NCBI RefSeq assembly: GCF_001186125.1
Contig: NW_014039982.1
Span: 6,790-58,670 of the forward strand
Direction: 5' to 3'
DNA: 51,881 bases
From: Sphaeroforma arctica JP610
Lineage: Eukaryota
Shown here in pieces: positions 19,792-32,426 of this stretch (the stretch's first letter is position 1; each line of letters begins with the position of its first letter). The position numbers were made by a program, and so were the translations under genes. A model generated the notes under the pieces. That model had not been told where the DNA came from and ran no database searches. It saw nothing but the letters and a program-made list of their open reading frames with translations.

Positions 19792-21070
19792 CAGTCATAC
19801 CTCTTTATATGTCCAGTTCCCCAGAAACAGAGAAACTAAATAAATAGAATACATACATAGATTTGATGTATATTTAGCCCGGTCGGAAAGTTTTGGAGGT
19901 AACCGTATTAGGGGAACTAAAAAAGCAGGGGATTGGCAAATATTTGGACATATAAAGAGGTAAGACAAGTCTGGGACAGTTTCATACCATCAGGTTCGGG
20001 GTCCAACCTATGGGAGTATGGGTCACACCAGGAGGTATTCTAGGCGCTCTCATTAAATACTCCTTCCCTTTCGTGACTGACTTACACTAAAACCAGCTTC
20101 TCTAACCTTATTTACCGACCCAATCAATCAAACGCTTCTCGAATACCTCATAAGACTGACTGGGTATCGTCTCTCCAGACTCCATGAACCTTCTTATTGT
20201 TTTGATACTGACGCCGAATGATGCATGCGCTACCCGCACGGCCTCCTTAACTAAATCCTTACGATAGCTGTCTTTCCATGATAGGTCTAAGCTGTATCCC
20301 GCTTTCTGGATTGTACGCACGATGACACCTTTAAATTTGTTTATTAGATTGATTCTTTTTGTTGTATTGGAGCTCACATTTGATAATACAGTCTGTTTAT
20401 ATGTTTTCTTCTTCTTACCAACAGTAAGCTTATCTATCGTTGTAGGTGCGTTTTGTGTCAATTCATCTGGCTCTGTCTGTCTGTTATTAGTGAAACCAGA
20501 CTCCCACAAGTCATCCGGTGGCTGGCATTTATCTATAGACAGGCAGTAACCGATTGAATTTGAGCCATACCCCTCACCAAGATGCACGCCACCAAAGGCA
20601 TGCATACTTCGATCGCAACCAGCACATTTATTTACACCACCCACTGGGTGCGTTGTAGTGCATCCTTTCGCACAACAGCGTTCACCACTAGAAGTGTCTC
20701 CCATCAGGATCTATTGTAGTACTTACTCTAGTGTATGTATTATATATAAAGTTACCGTCCAGCTGAGGTGAAAGGTGAAATATTCACACTTGTAAAAACT
20801 AAAAAAAAAGATAAATATACGGATGACCCCTGAGTCTCACCGACCCTCTGACGGTCTGACAGCAGTGACCGGATGGCCGGAGCACTAGATGAACAACACA
20901 AATTTAAAAAGGAGCAATTAGAGCTCCTGATTAGCTCAGTTCCAATCGGAGCTGGCTGTAGGACCGGTCTAAAAAGACCTGGATATATATAGGGGGTTGA
21001 CCAAAATAGAAATTGAACATATAAAGAGGTAGACACCTTAACGAGGTGGACATATAAAGAGGCATGACTG
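19792..21070 (-). mobile_element. pogo/Tigger-like (Tc1-mariner superfamily) internally deleted DNA transposon
   Basis: 24-bp TIRs CAGTCATACCTCTTTATATGTCCA (19792) and TGGACATATAAAGAGGCATGACTG (ending 21070), one mismatch, with TA on both flanks. Extra subterminal copies of ACATATAAAGAGG at ~19948 and ~21017. Confidence 0.88.
20075..20704 (-). pseudogene. Truncated transposase: N-terminal Cys/His cluster plus CENP-B-like HTH, frameshifted, no DDE domain
   Basis: ORF 20704-20108 ends YEVFEKRLIDWV and continues after a ~4-nt insertion as NKVREAGFSVSQ, typical of HTH_Tnp_Tc5/CENP-B. It lies inside the TIRs. Confidence 0.7.
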
Positions 21071-22598
21071 TACTAAATATTTGTCTCGACTCTGGATCAA
21101 CTCAAATATTGTCCAACAGAAAAAAATGGCCGCTGGGCCTGGGCCCCCTGGCCCAAGCCTTGGCTCTCAACCTCTCAGTCTCCCACTGTTAAAAATAATT
21201 TGTTTGTTTTTTGTTTGTTTTGTTTTTAAAAACAAAAGAGCAAAAATAGTCGCACTCTCCCACAGTCCCACTGCTGGGCACTCTGGCAGGCGGAAGCCAC
21301 GCACATCAGATATGACGTATGACGTATGAGTCATGAGTAGTTATTTTCGTGGTAATTGGTAGTTGACTAGTTGTCTTTTGACTTTGGCGACACGTCGCGA
21401 CGGTCTTTTACTTACTTTTTTAGGCAACATGTCGTTTGGTCAAGTCGATCTATGTCTAACGCCCCGAGGGCCCGACCGTAATAACATTAGCTGGGCGCCC
21501 TGGGGCAGGCAGGCTGGCCACAGTGCAGTTGCACTGCCGAATGCCGATTCGGCGATTAGATTGTTGTAATCTAATGGAGTGACGGAGCTAAAATCAGTTT
21601 GGGTACACAGAGAAACAATCTACATTACTATATCATATATCCACTTCTTTTTATGAAAATTAAGTATGTATGCTCTATTACTCCTCAGAGTCCACAAAGA
21701 AGAGAAAAAGCGACATCATTGATCATAATATCAATAATGAATAATCTCAGGAGTCCCAGGCAAAAACGTTTACGGTCAACTTTTATTATATAACAAGACC
21801 CACTATTTTTCTATAAGGTGCAGTTTCTAGGTGCCTCCTTGCGCCAAATCGCTAAGTTGGCGCCTGAATAAATATGTAGCCCATTTTGTTTAAAATAGGC
21901 CTAGATTCGAAGTGCAACATAGAATTTCGTTCGTAAATTTGCCCTCAATAAACGGTCAACCGTTTATAAATCATAAAAGTATACGTTTACATCATGTTTC
22001 ATGCCTTATATGTACTCTGAGTCCCTGACAGTATTGACATTAGGCCCAAGGACCCTGGATCCAGCAGACCAGGACTGTCCGTGATCAGTGATGAGTGATC
22101 AGTGATTAGTGATCACTGATGACTCTGTCTCAACTCCCATGATGTCTCTTCTCTATACTCTACTAGCTCTCTCTCTTTAGAGTAGTAGATGCTCTAAAAG
22201 TATTTAGGTATCTGAACTCTCAAGTCTGAAGTCAACTCTCAAGACTCAAAAGTCTAAATTCTGAAAACTGATCACTGAAGTCTGAACTGAAACTCCGAAC
22301 TTCCGAAGTGTAAATAAATACGAAGAGTCGAAGACTCGAAGAGGCAAGAAGTGAGAGACGCCAGTTGTCACTACTTTCAAATTTTTAGATATTTTTTACA
22401 AGTATGTATTTATTATTGTGTGTAACTGTGTAGAATATTTCATTTTCTATTTTAGTATAGTGTATTATAGTGTGTATGTAGGAACTGTGCAACTCTGTCA
22501 GTGGTGAGAGGTGTGCCATGTGGTGGATTGACGATTACTGATTGGTGATTTATACTTGTGTTTGTAGAATCGTATTTTTCACATATGTGAAATTGTAC

Positions 22599-22720
22599 TA
22601 TATCTACAACAAGAGAAGCGAAGTGCGCAGGAGGGCCGCAGGGTGCAGGCCCGCAGCCCGCAGCTTTTTTATTTTATTTCTATTTTTGTACGCTCAGTAC
22701 GAAAACGCAAAAAAAAAGTT
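22599..22720 (+). mobile_element. Possible Helitron-like 5' end
   Basis: CTATATCTACAACAAGAGAAG followed by a GC-rich segment resembles Helitron-type 5' termini. No matching 3' CTAG/hairpin confirmed. Confidence 0.25.
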
Positions 22721-23040
22721 CTCCAGGCCGACTGTCATTCTGAGTCTGAGACTCTTGAGTCTACTCTAGTCTCTGTAGTAGTATGGACTATGGAGCATAT
22801 TTGATGCTCATCTTTTAAATGGAGCTTTTCGATTAGCTTTCCTCAATCCACAGTTCAAACTTCAACACCGAATTCTAACCCCCCCCTCCCTGAGTTCCCA
22901 CTACTAAGTTTAAGAATTATATTTAGTAGAGTTCTTACTGTATTATGAGTAATTGAGACTGTAAAAAGTACAAGATTACAACACAACAAGAATTAGAGAA
23001 GTGAAGTCTCAAGTCTCAACTCAACACACACAAGACGAAG

Positions 23041-23049
23041 AGAGAGAGA

Positions 23050-23100
<51 letters not shown>
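23041..23100. repeat. (GA)n microsatellite
   Basis: Directly visible. Confidence 0.95.
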
Positions 23101-23102
<2 letters not shown>

Positions 23103-23293
23103 AAACAAACTGAAAAAGACAAGCGGTTCGCGCACATAGGGCGTAGGCGTAATTGTTATTTGTTTTACTAAAGTAAAAAAAACGAGGTAGAATCCACCTG
23201 GAGTAGAAAGCTCTACTCTTTTTATTAAAATTCGAATTTATAGAGAATTATATTTATTTGGGACAAGGGTTTTAGTGTAGACTAGAGTGTAAA

Positions 23294-23512
23294 CTGTAGG
23301 CTGTAGACTGTAGACTGTAGACTGTAGACTGTAGACTGTAGACTGTAGACTGTAGACTGTAGACTGTAGACTGTAGACTGTAGACTGTAGACTGTAGACT
23401 GTAGACTGTAGACTGTAGACTGTAGACTGTAGACTGTAGACTGTAGACTGTAGACTGTAGACTGTAGACTGTAGACTGTAGACTGTAGACTGTAGACTGT
23501 AGTCTACTGTAG
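23294..23512. repeat. (CTGTAGA)n heptamer satellite, about 29 near-perfect copies
   Basis: Directly visible, with degenerate copies on both flanks. Confidence 0.97.
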
Positions 23513-24104
23513 ACCGTGTACAGTACATAGTATTTAGAGTGTACACTGTAAAGTGTAGAGTGTAAACTGTAGACTGTCGAGTGTAGTGTACATTTCAGCC
23601 CTATCTGGCACCCTAAATTTCTCGTCTGGGACAACTCATCAATCTGGGACTTCTGGGTCTGTCCACTGTCCCAATTTCTGTATTTTAGTTAAATTCGATT
23701 GCCCACCATCCAGAACTTCGGGGCAGGGCCCCCGATGTGGCAATGGTAAATAAAAACCAATAAATACATAAGAAAATTTTCGCTTCTGTTCTTTGTAGAA
23801 ATAAAAATAAAAAACGTCAGGAAAACCGGAAATATAAAATATTTACAACGCAGGGTCAGATAAAGCCATCGAACTTTCGAAGCCGCGAAGGTCGAAGAGT
23901 GTTGGAACTGTTGATGAGTGTTCGCAATTCGCACTCTCGCTTTTTATCAAGGAGCATACCATTGTGTTTTCATTAGGTCTCTTGCATCGCTCTAAAAATA
24001 ATCCTGTGACGTTTCTGCCTTGTTGTGGGACTACACAGTAGCATAGAAGTAGAAAATACATTATTTAATTACAAACACGGCTTGTTATCACTAGCATAAA
24101 CACG

Positions 24105-27100
24105 ATGGCAGACTTTGCTCTAGCTAATTTGATGAGTAGGCCACACTCGGTCACTCCCAGGAGAAGTATACAAGCTCATACACAAGCCCCTCTTACACGT
24201 ACACGCAGTGTTAGTCTAAACAATAACCTTGTAAGCTCAGGTGCGAATTTAAATATACCATACGGCTGTAGTGCGTCGCGATCCACTACCGTGAGATCTG
24301 GCCCTTCCAGTAACGATCATTTGTCACCCATCAATAGCAATCGTGGCAGAACTAGTCAGCCCAATTTGCAATCTAATTTTTCGCCTACTAATAGAGCAAG
24401 CTATATCGATGCACCTACACCACACGAGCAAGATGATACGGGGAGCTCTGTGTTCAGATCACTGGTCAATTGCGGAGCGGATTCGAGTTCCGAGGAAGAT
24501 GTCGTTGAGACTGTGCAATTATCGGCGTCGACTGAGACGTTTGACTCGGCTGTATTGGCCAGTGAGAAAAGTACGGAGTTTACGGCGATGAGAAAGCTGA
24601 ACAAGTATGTATTTTGTAATCAACTTGAGCTTGAGTGCTGCGAAAGGTTGTCGTCTATACATGACGCACAAATATTGCGACAAGAGTGCTTGTGCCGAAT
24701 TTTACTGTTGTACTTATGAAGGATGTACATGCTTTAACACTTCCCCTTCAAGCTACCATCATCATTTGTCTGGAATTCGTATGGTTGCACGATGCGATGG
24801 TATTTATAGGGTGCAATGAAGACAATAGAGTTAAAATGGCATGAGTTTATAAAATCGCCAACTAGTAACACGTTGTGGTATAATATTACGCTGTGCTGAA
24901 TATATTTTAAAATGCTAATTCCTATTCCCACAGAAACCTGGCAACGACAGTATTATCGCACTCGGCCAATCGCAGACTTCGCTCGGGCGATAGCCTCAAC
25001 GCTGTGATTGATATGCAAGTACACAATGGCTTTGAATATATACGAATTTATGCGATTATCACGTGCACAATGATTACAAAGAAAGACAGCCATGAGATAG
25101 TTATGGGCAGGCATCCAATACGAGAAAATCCAGGAAAATTTGGGGTAGGAAGGTATGAAGTCAGATGCGAATGGTATATTACGCGTCGCGTATGACTGAT
25201 CTGTCCTTATTATACGAATACATTGAAAATTCTTTTAATTACATTTTAATTTTACTCTCATTCAATGTAGATATTCGATTCCAGTGGTCGTTGATGTTCC
25301 AGAGGGACCGCCTACCATGGCTTGGAATTCCCCTGACTTACGATACAAGGTATAAATATCGTACAAATTCAATGAGCTAAGTTTTTGTGCTACAAGATTT
25401 ACCTCCCGGGACATTTGTGTTAGGGTTTAGGGTTTTCTAGTTCGATAGATGGGAGATCACTTTCAGGGCAAAGGTAATATTGATTGTGTTGGCTACAGCA
25501 ATATGACCTTCTATAACTTCTTCATACCCACTCAGATAGAGTATAAACTAAAGATTGTAGTCGAGAAGTTCTTGGGGACCGCTGTCAGCGTATCGGATAC
25601 AGCTAATATTCTACTGTGCGAGACGGTGCTCGATCATGAAACGGATGTATTTCGTAGTACAATACTGGTTGCAGGTAAATTTTCATTTTGGGCTGCAGGA
25701 CAGTGTTCATATTATATGAGATTGTATGATGTATAGTACGTTCTACTTGCTATTCTATGCTACGATCCGTTTGCAGGCCAGGTCTCCGCCTGTGGATATA
25801 TTTTTTCACTGAAATTGTTTCTCAAAATCCATATGCAGAAACCACCGTTGTGGGGAAGAAAGAATTGAGCATGACGGCACAGTGTGATAGGTATGTTCAT
25901 CCGCAAAGTATAACGTTATTTTGGTTTTGAAGATACTTTCATTCATCTGTGTACTGTGCCGTTCAATCCAACTTTAATTTTAGGTGATTAGGTTGCCTCG
26001 GTATTTGTAAGGTGTCGCATCCCATGAACAACTGCCTAGATATAGTTATATATCTTAATTCATCGCTGAACATATACATTTCTTGTAGTATGCTTCCGTT
26101 TGGAGACGATAAGGAGCCACTCCGGGTCAATGTCAATCTCAACAACCCGGCTGGTAGGAGGATTGAGGTGAGTAGTGCTTTGTATTTTTTCTGTGAATAG
26201 TTGACCCTCTTTCGCGTTGTATTGTCGCATGTTGGGAAATTTGACTCATTCCAAGAATCTTCTTTGCAGTCCGTTCAAGTGAAGTGTCGACAGGAGCTGA
26301 GATGTTTTGTGCAGCCGGATGATAGCGCAATCAAGGTATCGCCGGTGTAATTGGATAATCTCTTTTGGATCTTCTGATTCTTTTTTATTCGGACGCATAG
26401 ATAAAGTTAGTTGGCGTATCGTACGCAATTACTTACAAATCAATTCCATCGTTTCTCAGGCGGAGGTTGTACCTGCTCGTGCGTTGTTGCAATCTGTTGC
26501 ACCTCTGCGGCGGTTATCAACCAGGGCGCGAGAGACCGATTCTTCGAACACGAAGAGTGCTATGGATGAGGTTGCAAACAAGTAAGTTTGGTTTTCTGAA
26601 AGTCTTGCTTAGGCATCATTGCTGTACAATGTAAATACCGTCACGTGATGTTTTGCAGATGTACGGTCTCATTGGTTCATGGTACGGATGTTTATCCTTA
26701 GCTTCCTCGTTTTGTAGCCCAGCTCATTGCGAACCATTTTTGCCACAAACAGAATACTCTATCCTCACGAGATGCGAAAGAAGTACAACCGACCGGAGGG
26801 ATTACGCTACTATAGCGATTTTCAGAAGACTCAAAAGATTGTAGACAGTAAGGAGCAAAACATCGATCTGGTAATGGTTCTCCATCCGTCAGATGCCGAC
26901 TTCAGGTTTGATGTTAAAGGTTTTCCATATAACTTGGCACATCGCTTGTACAAATCTGTGGAGGGAGAAGGGGAGCATGCCTCTACCAAGACCAAATATG
27001 AACTCGGTGCGACGTTTGACTTTGCGTGCGAGAAGTTCGAAGTATCTACCAAGTATTTTGTGAACATCAAAGCCATCGTGAACGACGGAATAGGCCAGAA

Positions 27101-27155
27101 AGCTGTGCTGAGGGCGCAGTTGCCCGTTACCTATGTATCCGAGTACATGGATTGA
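24105..27155 (+). CDS. Alpha-arrestin-like (arrestin N/C domain) protein with long Ser/Pro-rich N-terminus
   Basis: Exons ~24105-24604, 24934-25152, 25271-25349, 25536-~25674, ~25783-25890, 26089-26167, 26270-26335, 26460-26582, ~26723-27155. GRYSIPVVVDVPEGPPTM..IEYKLKIVVEK fits an arrestin-N pattern and LRVNVNLNNPAGRRIESVQVKCRQ fits arrestin-C. The middle exon boundaries are uncertain. Confidence 0.62.
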
Positions 27156-28140
27156 TAACAGCCGCCAATACCTGCCATTGCAGCACCTACAATACCCAGG
27201 GTTTAGTCGCATGCGAAGGTTCACTATCAAATATCGGCAGGGACCCACTTCTTCACCAGCTGCGGACATACAGTGTTTCGGTCAGTCAGCGCATCCCCAG
27301 TATCTCAGTTACCTGCGTATACCAAGCTGATTGTCTTCAGCAAACGCCCCGTATTCTGTCACTTGCGGAAGTACAATGTCCCCCTCTTAGTTATGGATAA
27401 AAAACATCAGAACAGATTATACAAGGCACGGGGCACCGGGTAGTTATCTATCGGATCGCGAATTAGCGACAGCTACATGAGGATGACAGTTAGGGGCAGA
27501 AGCTGCGATGTCCGTCTGACATACAAACGCGATTCCAAAGATTGGAACCGATGTCATACAACAGAACAGAACGCGTACTGGCTAATAGATGTAGGCTAAA
27601 CAGCAATGTTCTACGATCGATTTCTCGCACGCTTCAAGTACCGAGTAGTACAACCACACAATCAGAGCACAAAAGTACGGGCGTATCTACTTTAACTGGT
27701 GACCTCGATTGAATGCTTTAGTAGCATAGGACGTTCTTGATTAGAAACGTCATGTGCCATGGACACCGGAGGGTCCCGAGTTTAGTGGTGGCTATGCAAT
27801 GAGGAAGACTTGACAATGAGCTACCAAGCTGCTACAATCTCCAATTTGGCTCCGCGAATGCATATTCACGGAATTGTTCCGCTAGGGTTCTAAAAGATCG
27901 GCTCGTGGCATTTATGATACTGCCACACAGACACAAGCTAGCAGATGTTTCCCGAGTTGTGAGAATTCACCACAGCCACTTTCGACTGCGAGCTTACGAT
28001 CTGGAAGCGCTCACGCTTCTGATGGTAATGTCGCATTGAACCTTCAATGAGCTTTGATTAGTACGCCATCTTTGCCCACAAGTACGCATGGTGGGATGAA
28101 TAATCGCAGCATCAGAGAAAGCAATTCGTCGCATGGGACC

Positions 28141-28257
28141 GCTGTGTCTATGACCGAGTGGTTAGAGGTCAGTGATTGATTATGAGTTGACGTAGAATAG
28201 ATGAGAATACTCTTCAATCATATGATATAGTGAGGAATCGATCTCCTTCATTTAGCT
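28141..28257 (+). tRNA. Degenerate tRNA-like sequence (pseudo-tRNA or SINE head), possibly with an intron
   Basis: A-box/D-arm TGACCGAGTGGTTAGAGGTCA, stem GTGATTGA/TCAATCAT, T-arm-like GAGGA-ATCGATC-TCCTT. The acceptor stem is poor and the anticodon ambiguous. Confidence 0.35.
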
Positions 28258-29176
28258 ACTATATTGGCCGAAGCAACCGGCTATGAATTAGTTGAATGAA
28301 AATTGACGACCAGAAACAGAAGCTCAAATAATATATAAATTAATGCATATGTATAATTTGGAGTGATTTGCTTTACGATATCTGGCGCGCATGATGCAAC
28401 ATATTTTAAATAAAAATTCTTCGCGAACGGCAATTGAGCATATAGGTCGCAAGTGAGTCCTGTTTCCCCATCCTGTTTTCCCGAACTGTATGGCAATGAA
28501 TAGATGCTACATATTATTTCATACAAACACATATTATACTTATCAATGGATAGAGACAAACACACGCACAAATATATATTTCNNNNNNNNNNNNNNNNNN
28601 NNATATATATATACACACACACATATATATATATAAATATATATTTGATAGTACATATACGTATACATATGTATACACACACACTGATACATATATATAC
28701 ATGTATATGCTCATTTTTATTTATATATCTATATATATATATGTATAATATAAACATTTGATAATAAATATATATATACATATGCATACACTTACACACA
28801 GATACAGATATATATAAATATAAATATATATATATATATGTAAATAAGGTTCATAACTGCGCACATGCTCAAGAGCTCCTCTCACACACGTGTTCATATA
28901 TTTGCACTTTCTACTGCTGATTGCAATATTGCCTGGCCCGCAGTGCAAGCTGAGCTGTTTTGAGCTGTTTAGTAAATAATGAATGGCTCAGAAGAACAGG
29001 TGTGTATGTCTCAATATAATCCAGTCGAGGTACAAAGCAGATCATACATGCATCCGAAAAAAAAGAAAGCTTTGTAGCCTCTTCAAGGTCCCATGAGCGC
29101 TAGAGTTGAACGCGATATTCCTTCGTTTTAATTACCCTCGCCTCAGGGTCACGCCGATAAGCTACATTGCCGCGTT

Positions 29177-32100
29177 CTAAAAATAAACCATGATAGGTGC
29201 GTTGGGACTGGGCCCCCTGAGAAGATATCCGATTCCAAGTACAGCCGCTACACCTACCAGTGCCGTCTGAGTTGGCTGTTAACAAGGCAAAAATATGGAC
29301 TGTCAACATGGGAAAACGGGGAGAGAATCCCGATTTGTGTTCTGCCATTCTTTATACCTGATAATTTAGTATCCCGTACAAGCAATAGAAACTGCCTTGG
29401 CAGAGTGAACTTATCGGTGTAAGCTAAGCACAGATCTAAAACACTAAAACCCCTAAGGACACAAAGTGGCTATCATACACCATAGCTGTTCAGCCAAGTA
29501 CCTTATTAATGCAGCATTCACTTTCCAGTTGATACCAGGGAAGGCAGAAAAAGATAAAACTCTACAAACCCTAAAGACACTGGCTACCATACACCATGAC
29601 TGTTCAACCTAGTACCTTTTTATGCAGCATTCGCTTTCCAGTTGATACCAGGGAAGGCAGAATAAGATCCAACGTCATCGGATACTCTTCAATAGCCGCG
29701 CCAAACGGATGGCTGCCCTTTTGGCGACGGTAGTACCTGGAGGCCGGGCGGGATTCCCAGAGCGTGTAGGTTGTTAGAGTCATACGAGTTATACAGCCCA
29801 GACATATGAATTACAGGCGCGGCTTGTTCATCGTAAGAGATATACTGGGGGGTGGTACTGCTATCACGGGAGTTGTGTGTAGCCACAACGTCACTTGGCG
29901 GGAAAGGGTATACGCACACCATTCGTATACATGCTTGGTATATACATTGTTTTATCTGTACTATGTGCATCGCGATACCTTGATGTGCGCATACATACTT
30001 GGTCTGTACATTGTTTTGTCTGTACTATGTGCGTATACATGCTTGGTATATACATTGTTTTATCCGTACTATGTGCATCGACATACCTTGGTGTGCGTAT
30101 ACATGCTTGTTCTATGCATTGTTTTGTCTGTACTACGTGCGTATACATGCTTGGTCTATACATTGTTTTGTCTGTACTATGCGCGTATACATGCTTGGTA
30201 TAAAAACTGGGTTATCTCTACTATGTGCCTCGACATACCTCGCAATGTTGCGTCTCTTTCCATCAACCCACAAACCAGATAACCGACTCACTTCCAAGTG
30301 ACGCAACAACGCTATGCACGCGGTATCCGCCAAAGTAAATGTACCACCAACCATGTTCTGCTTTTGTTTCAAGTGAAGATCCAGTTCATCTAGGAATGCC
30401 TCGAGTTCCTCCATTTTCTGCGTGTACGGCACAAGCGATGTATGTGAATTGAAGAAGCGAAATGGCCACTAAAAAGAGGTTTAGGATTCAGAAACTTTGA
30501 AAGAAAAAATCCATTGCGTCCTATACCTAGTTACATGTACACATAGGTAGGCAAGTACCCATGATAGGTATATCCACGTGCTATAATTAACAATGGAGGA
30601 CTTAAGTACCCATTTTAGGTAAATAGACAATGGGGGACTTAAGTACCCATAATAGGTATATCCACGTGCTGTAATCGACAATGGAGGACTTAAGCACCCA
30701 TATTAGGTATGTCCAGGTGCTATAACTAACAATGGAGAACTTAAGTACCCATATTAGGTAAATCCACGTGCTATAATTGAAAATAGTGCTATAATTGACA
30801 ATGGAGCACTAGTGAATAAGAGTATAATTCAAAATACAAAGCTATACATGACAAACAACCATATTAGCTCGACACAATTCAACAGCACTTATGTAAATTT
30901 TCTCATATTAATCAGATTGATCGAGTACTTACCTGGCTCGAAACATTATCGTCTTCCAGATCGTTAATCAGTTGCTGAGTCTTCTTGATCACATTGTCGT
31001 ATGTACTTGCAAGCGCTGGATTGTCTTTCTTATGCTGTGTAGCCGTACCTAACCTGAAGGGCAACGATACAACTGTTCTTAGCGAATACCATAATACAAT
31101 ATTCAATTTCAGACTAGGAAGTGAGCTGAGACGATGACCCGTACTGCCAAGTAGGTCCGTTTGATTCCACTCGCAACGATGAACTCTGTGGGACTTCTCT
31201 GCACCATAGCTTCAGGAAAACATCACATAACAATCAATAACGCAATCTGTGGGTACAGTACACACCTTTGCATCAGCTTATCAATCGTCATATAACGAGC
31301 CACACCAGACTGTTTCCGATAGAGAACTGAGTTCGCCATACTGAGACATCGCTGGAGGGTAAGATGTATTTAGTGAGTACACCTGGTTATAGCAGAGATA
31401 GTTCACCTCGTATCAATATACTATCGGGCACCGTCCCATGCTGATAAAATTGTATTGGCAAAACCTCACGGAACACACTGCGAGACCAGAATGTAGTGAA
31501 TGATGTAGGCCGATAAACTCGGGAAAATTAGATGATTATTCATGTCCGTACAATTTGATAAACATGCACGAGATTTCATCCACAAACCCGCACAATTAAA
31601 CCAGCATCCGTATTCCTAAACACACCTTTGTCCAGTCAGTGTTCTCAGCCGACTGAGTAGCATCTGTCGGAACGACGGAGGGCTCTGGGAAGTTCTTCTC
31701 GATATATGAGCATATGTAGTGGACATCTGTAATCACTTTCTTGCCGTGCACAAGAGTTGGCACATCGGCGCTGCAGGTTGGTATATGACCCAAAAACAGT
31801 TAGAAAATGTAGTATACTTACAAAGCAAAAAGAACACCAATGTACACCTACAAGACTCACCCCCAAGAATCCTTCGGATAGCTACATTTATCAGATAGAT
31901 GTAAACTCCCTATCCATGCAATATAAACTCGGGAGCTATAGATATATGCAGCAACTGACCTTGCCATTTCTCGCACTGAATTAGATACGAACTAATACAT
32001 TGACTCTAAAAACTAATCTGGTACCTTTGCATGTAAAAGCAAATAAGCTATATAATGCGAGTTTTTCTTGAAAAGGTTTAGAACATCATCGGATTATATA

Positions 32101-32307
32101 GGACAAACAATTAATAGATGAATATGAATGAAAATGTATTTAATACAAATAAGAATATATATCCGAAAATACGAGTTTATCTATAGATACAGCTCTCCAT
32201 CCATCCATCCATCCATCCATCCATATATATATATATATGAATATATTTATATGAACCTATTAAACATAAATGTAATGATATATATATAAGAACATATATG
32301 AAATGAC

Positions 32308-32342
<35 letters not shown>

Positions 32343-32390
32343 GAGACTACCAAACGACTCCACACACACACACTACACACACACACACAC

Positions 32391-32426
<36 letters not shown>

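Noticed and set aside
23238..23634. ORFs with (STVYSLQ)n
   Set aside because: Translation of the CTGTAGA satellite, with no coding evidence.
29806..30301. Hydrophobic repetitive ORFs on both strands
   Set aside because: Derived from the intronic minisatellite in the GDAP1-like gene.
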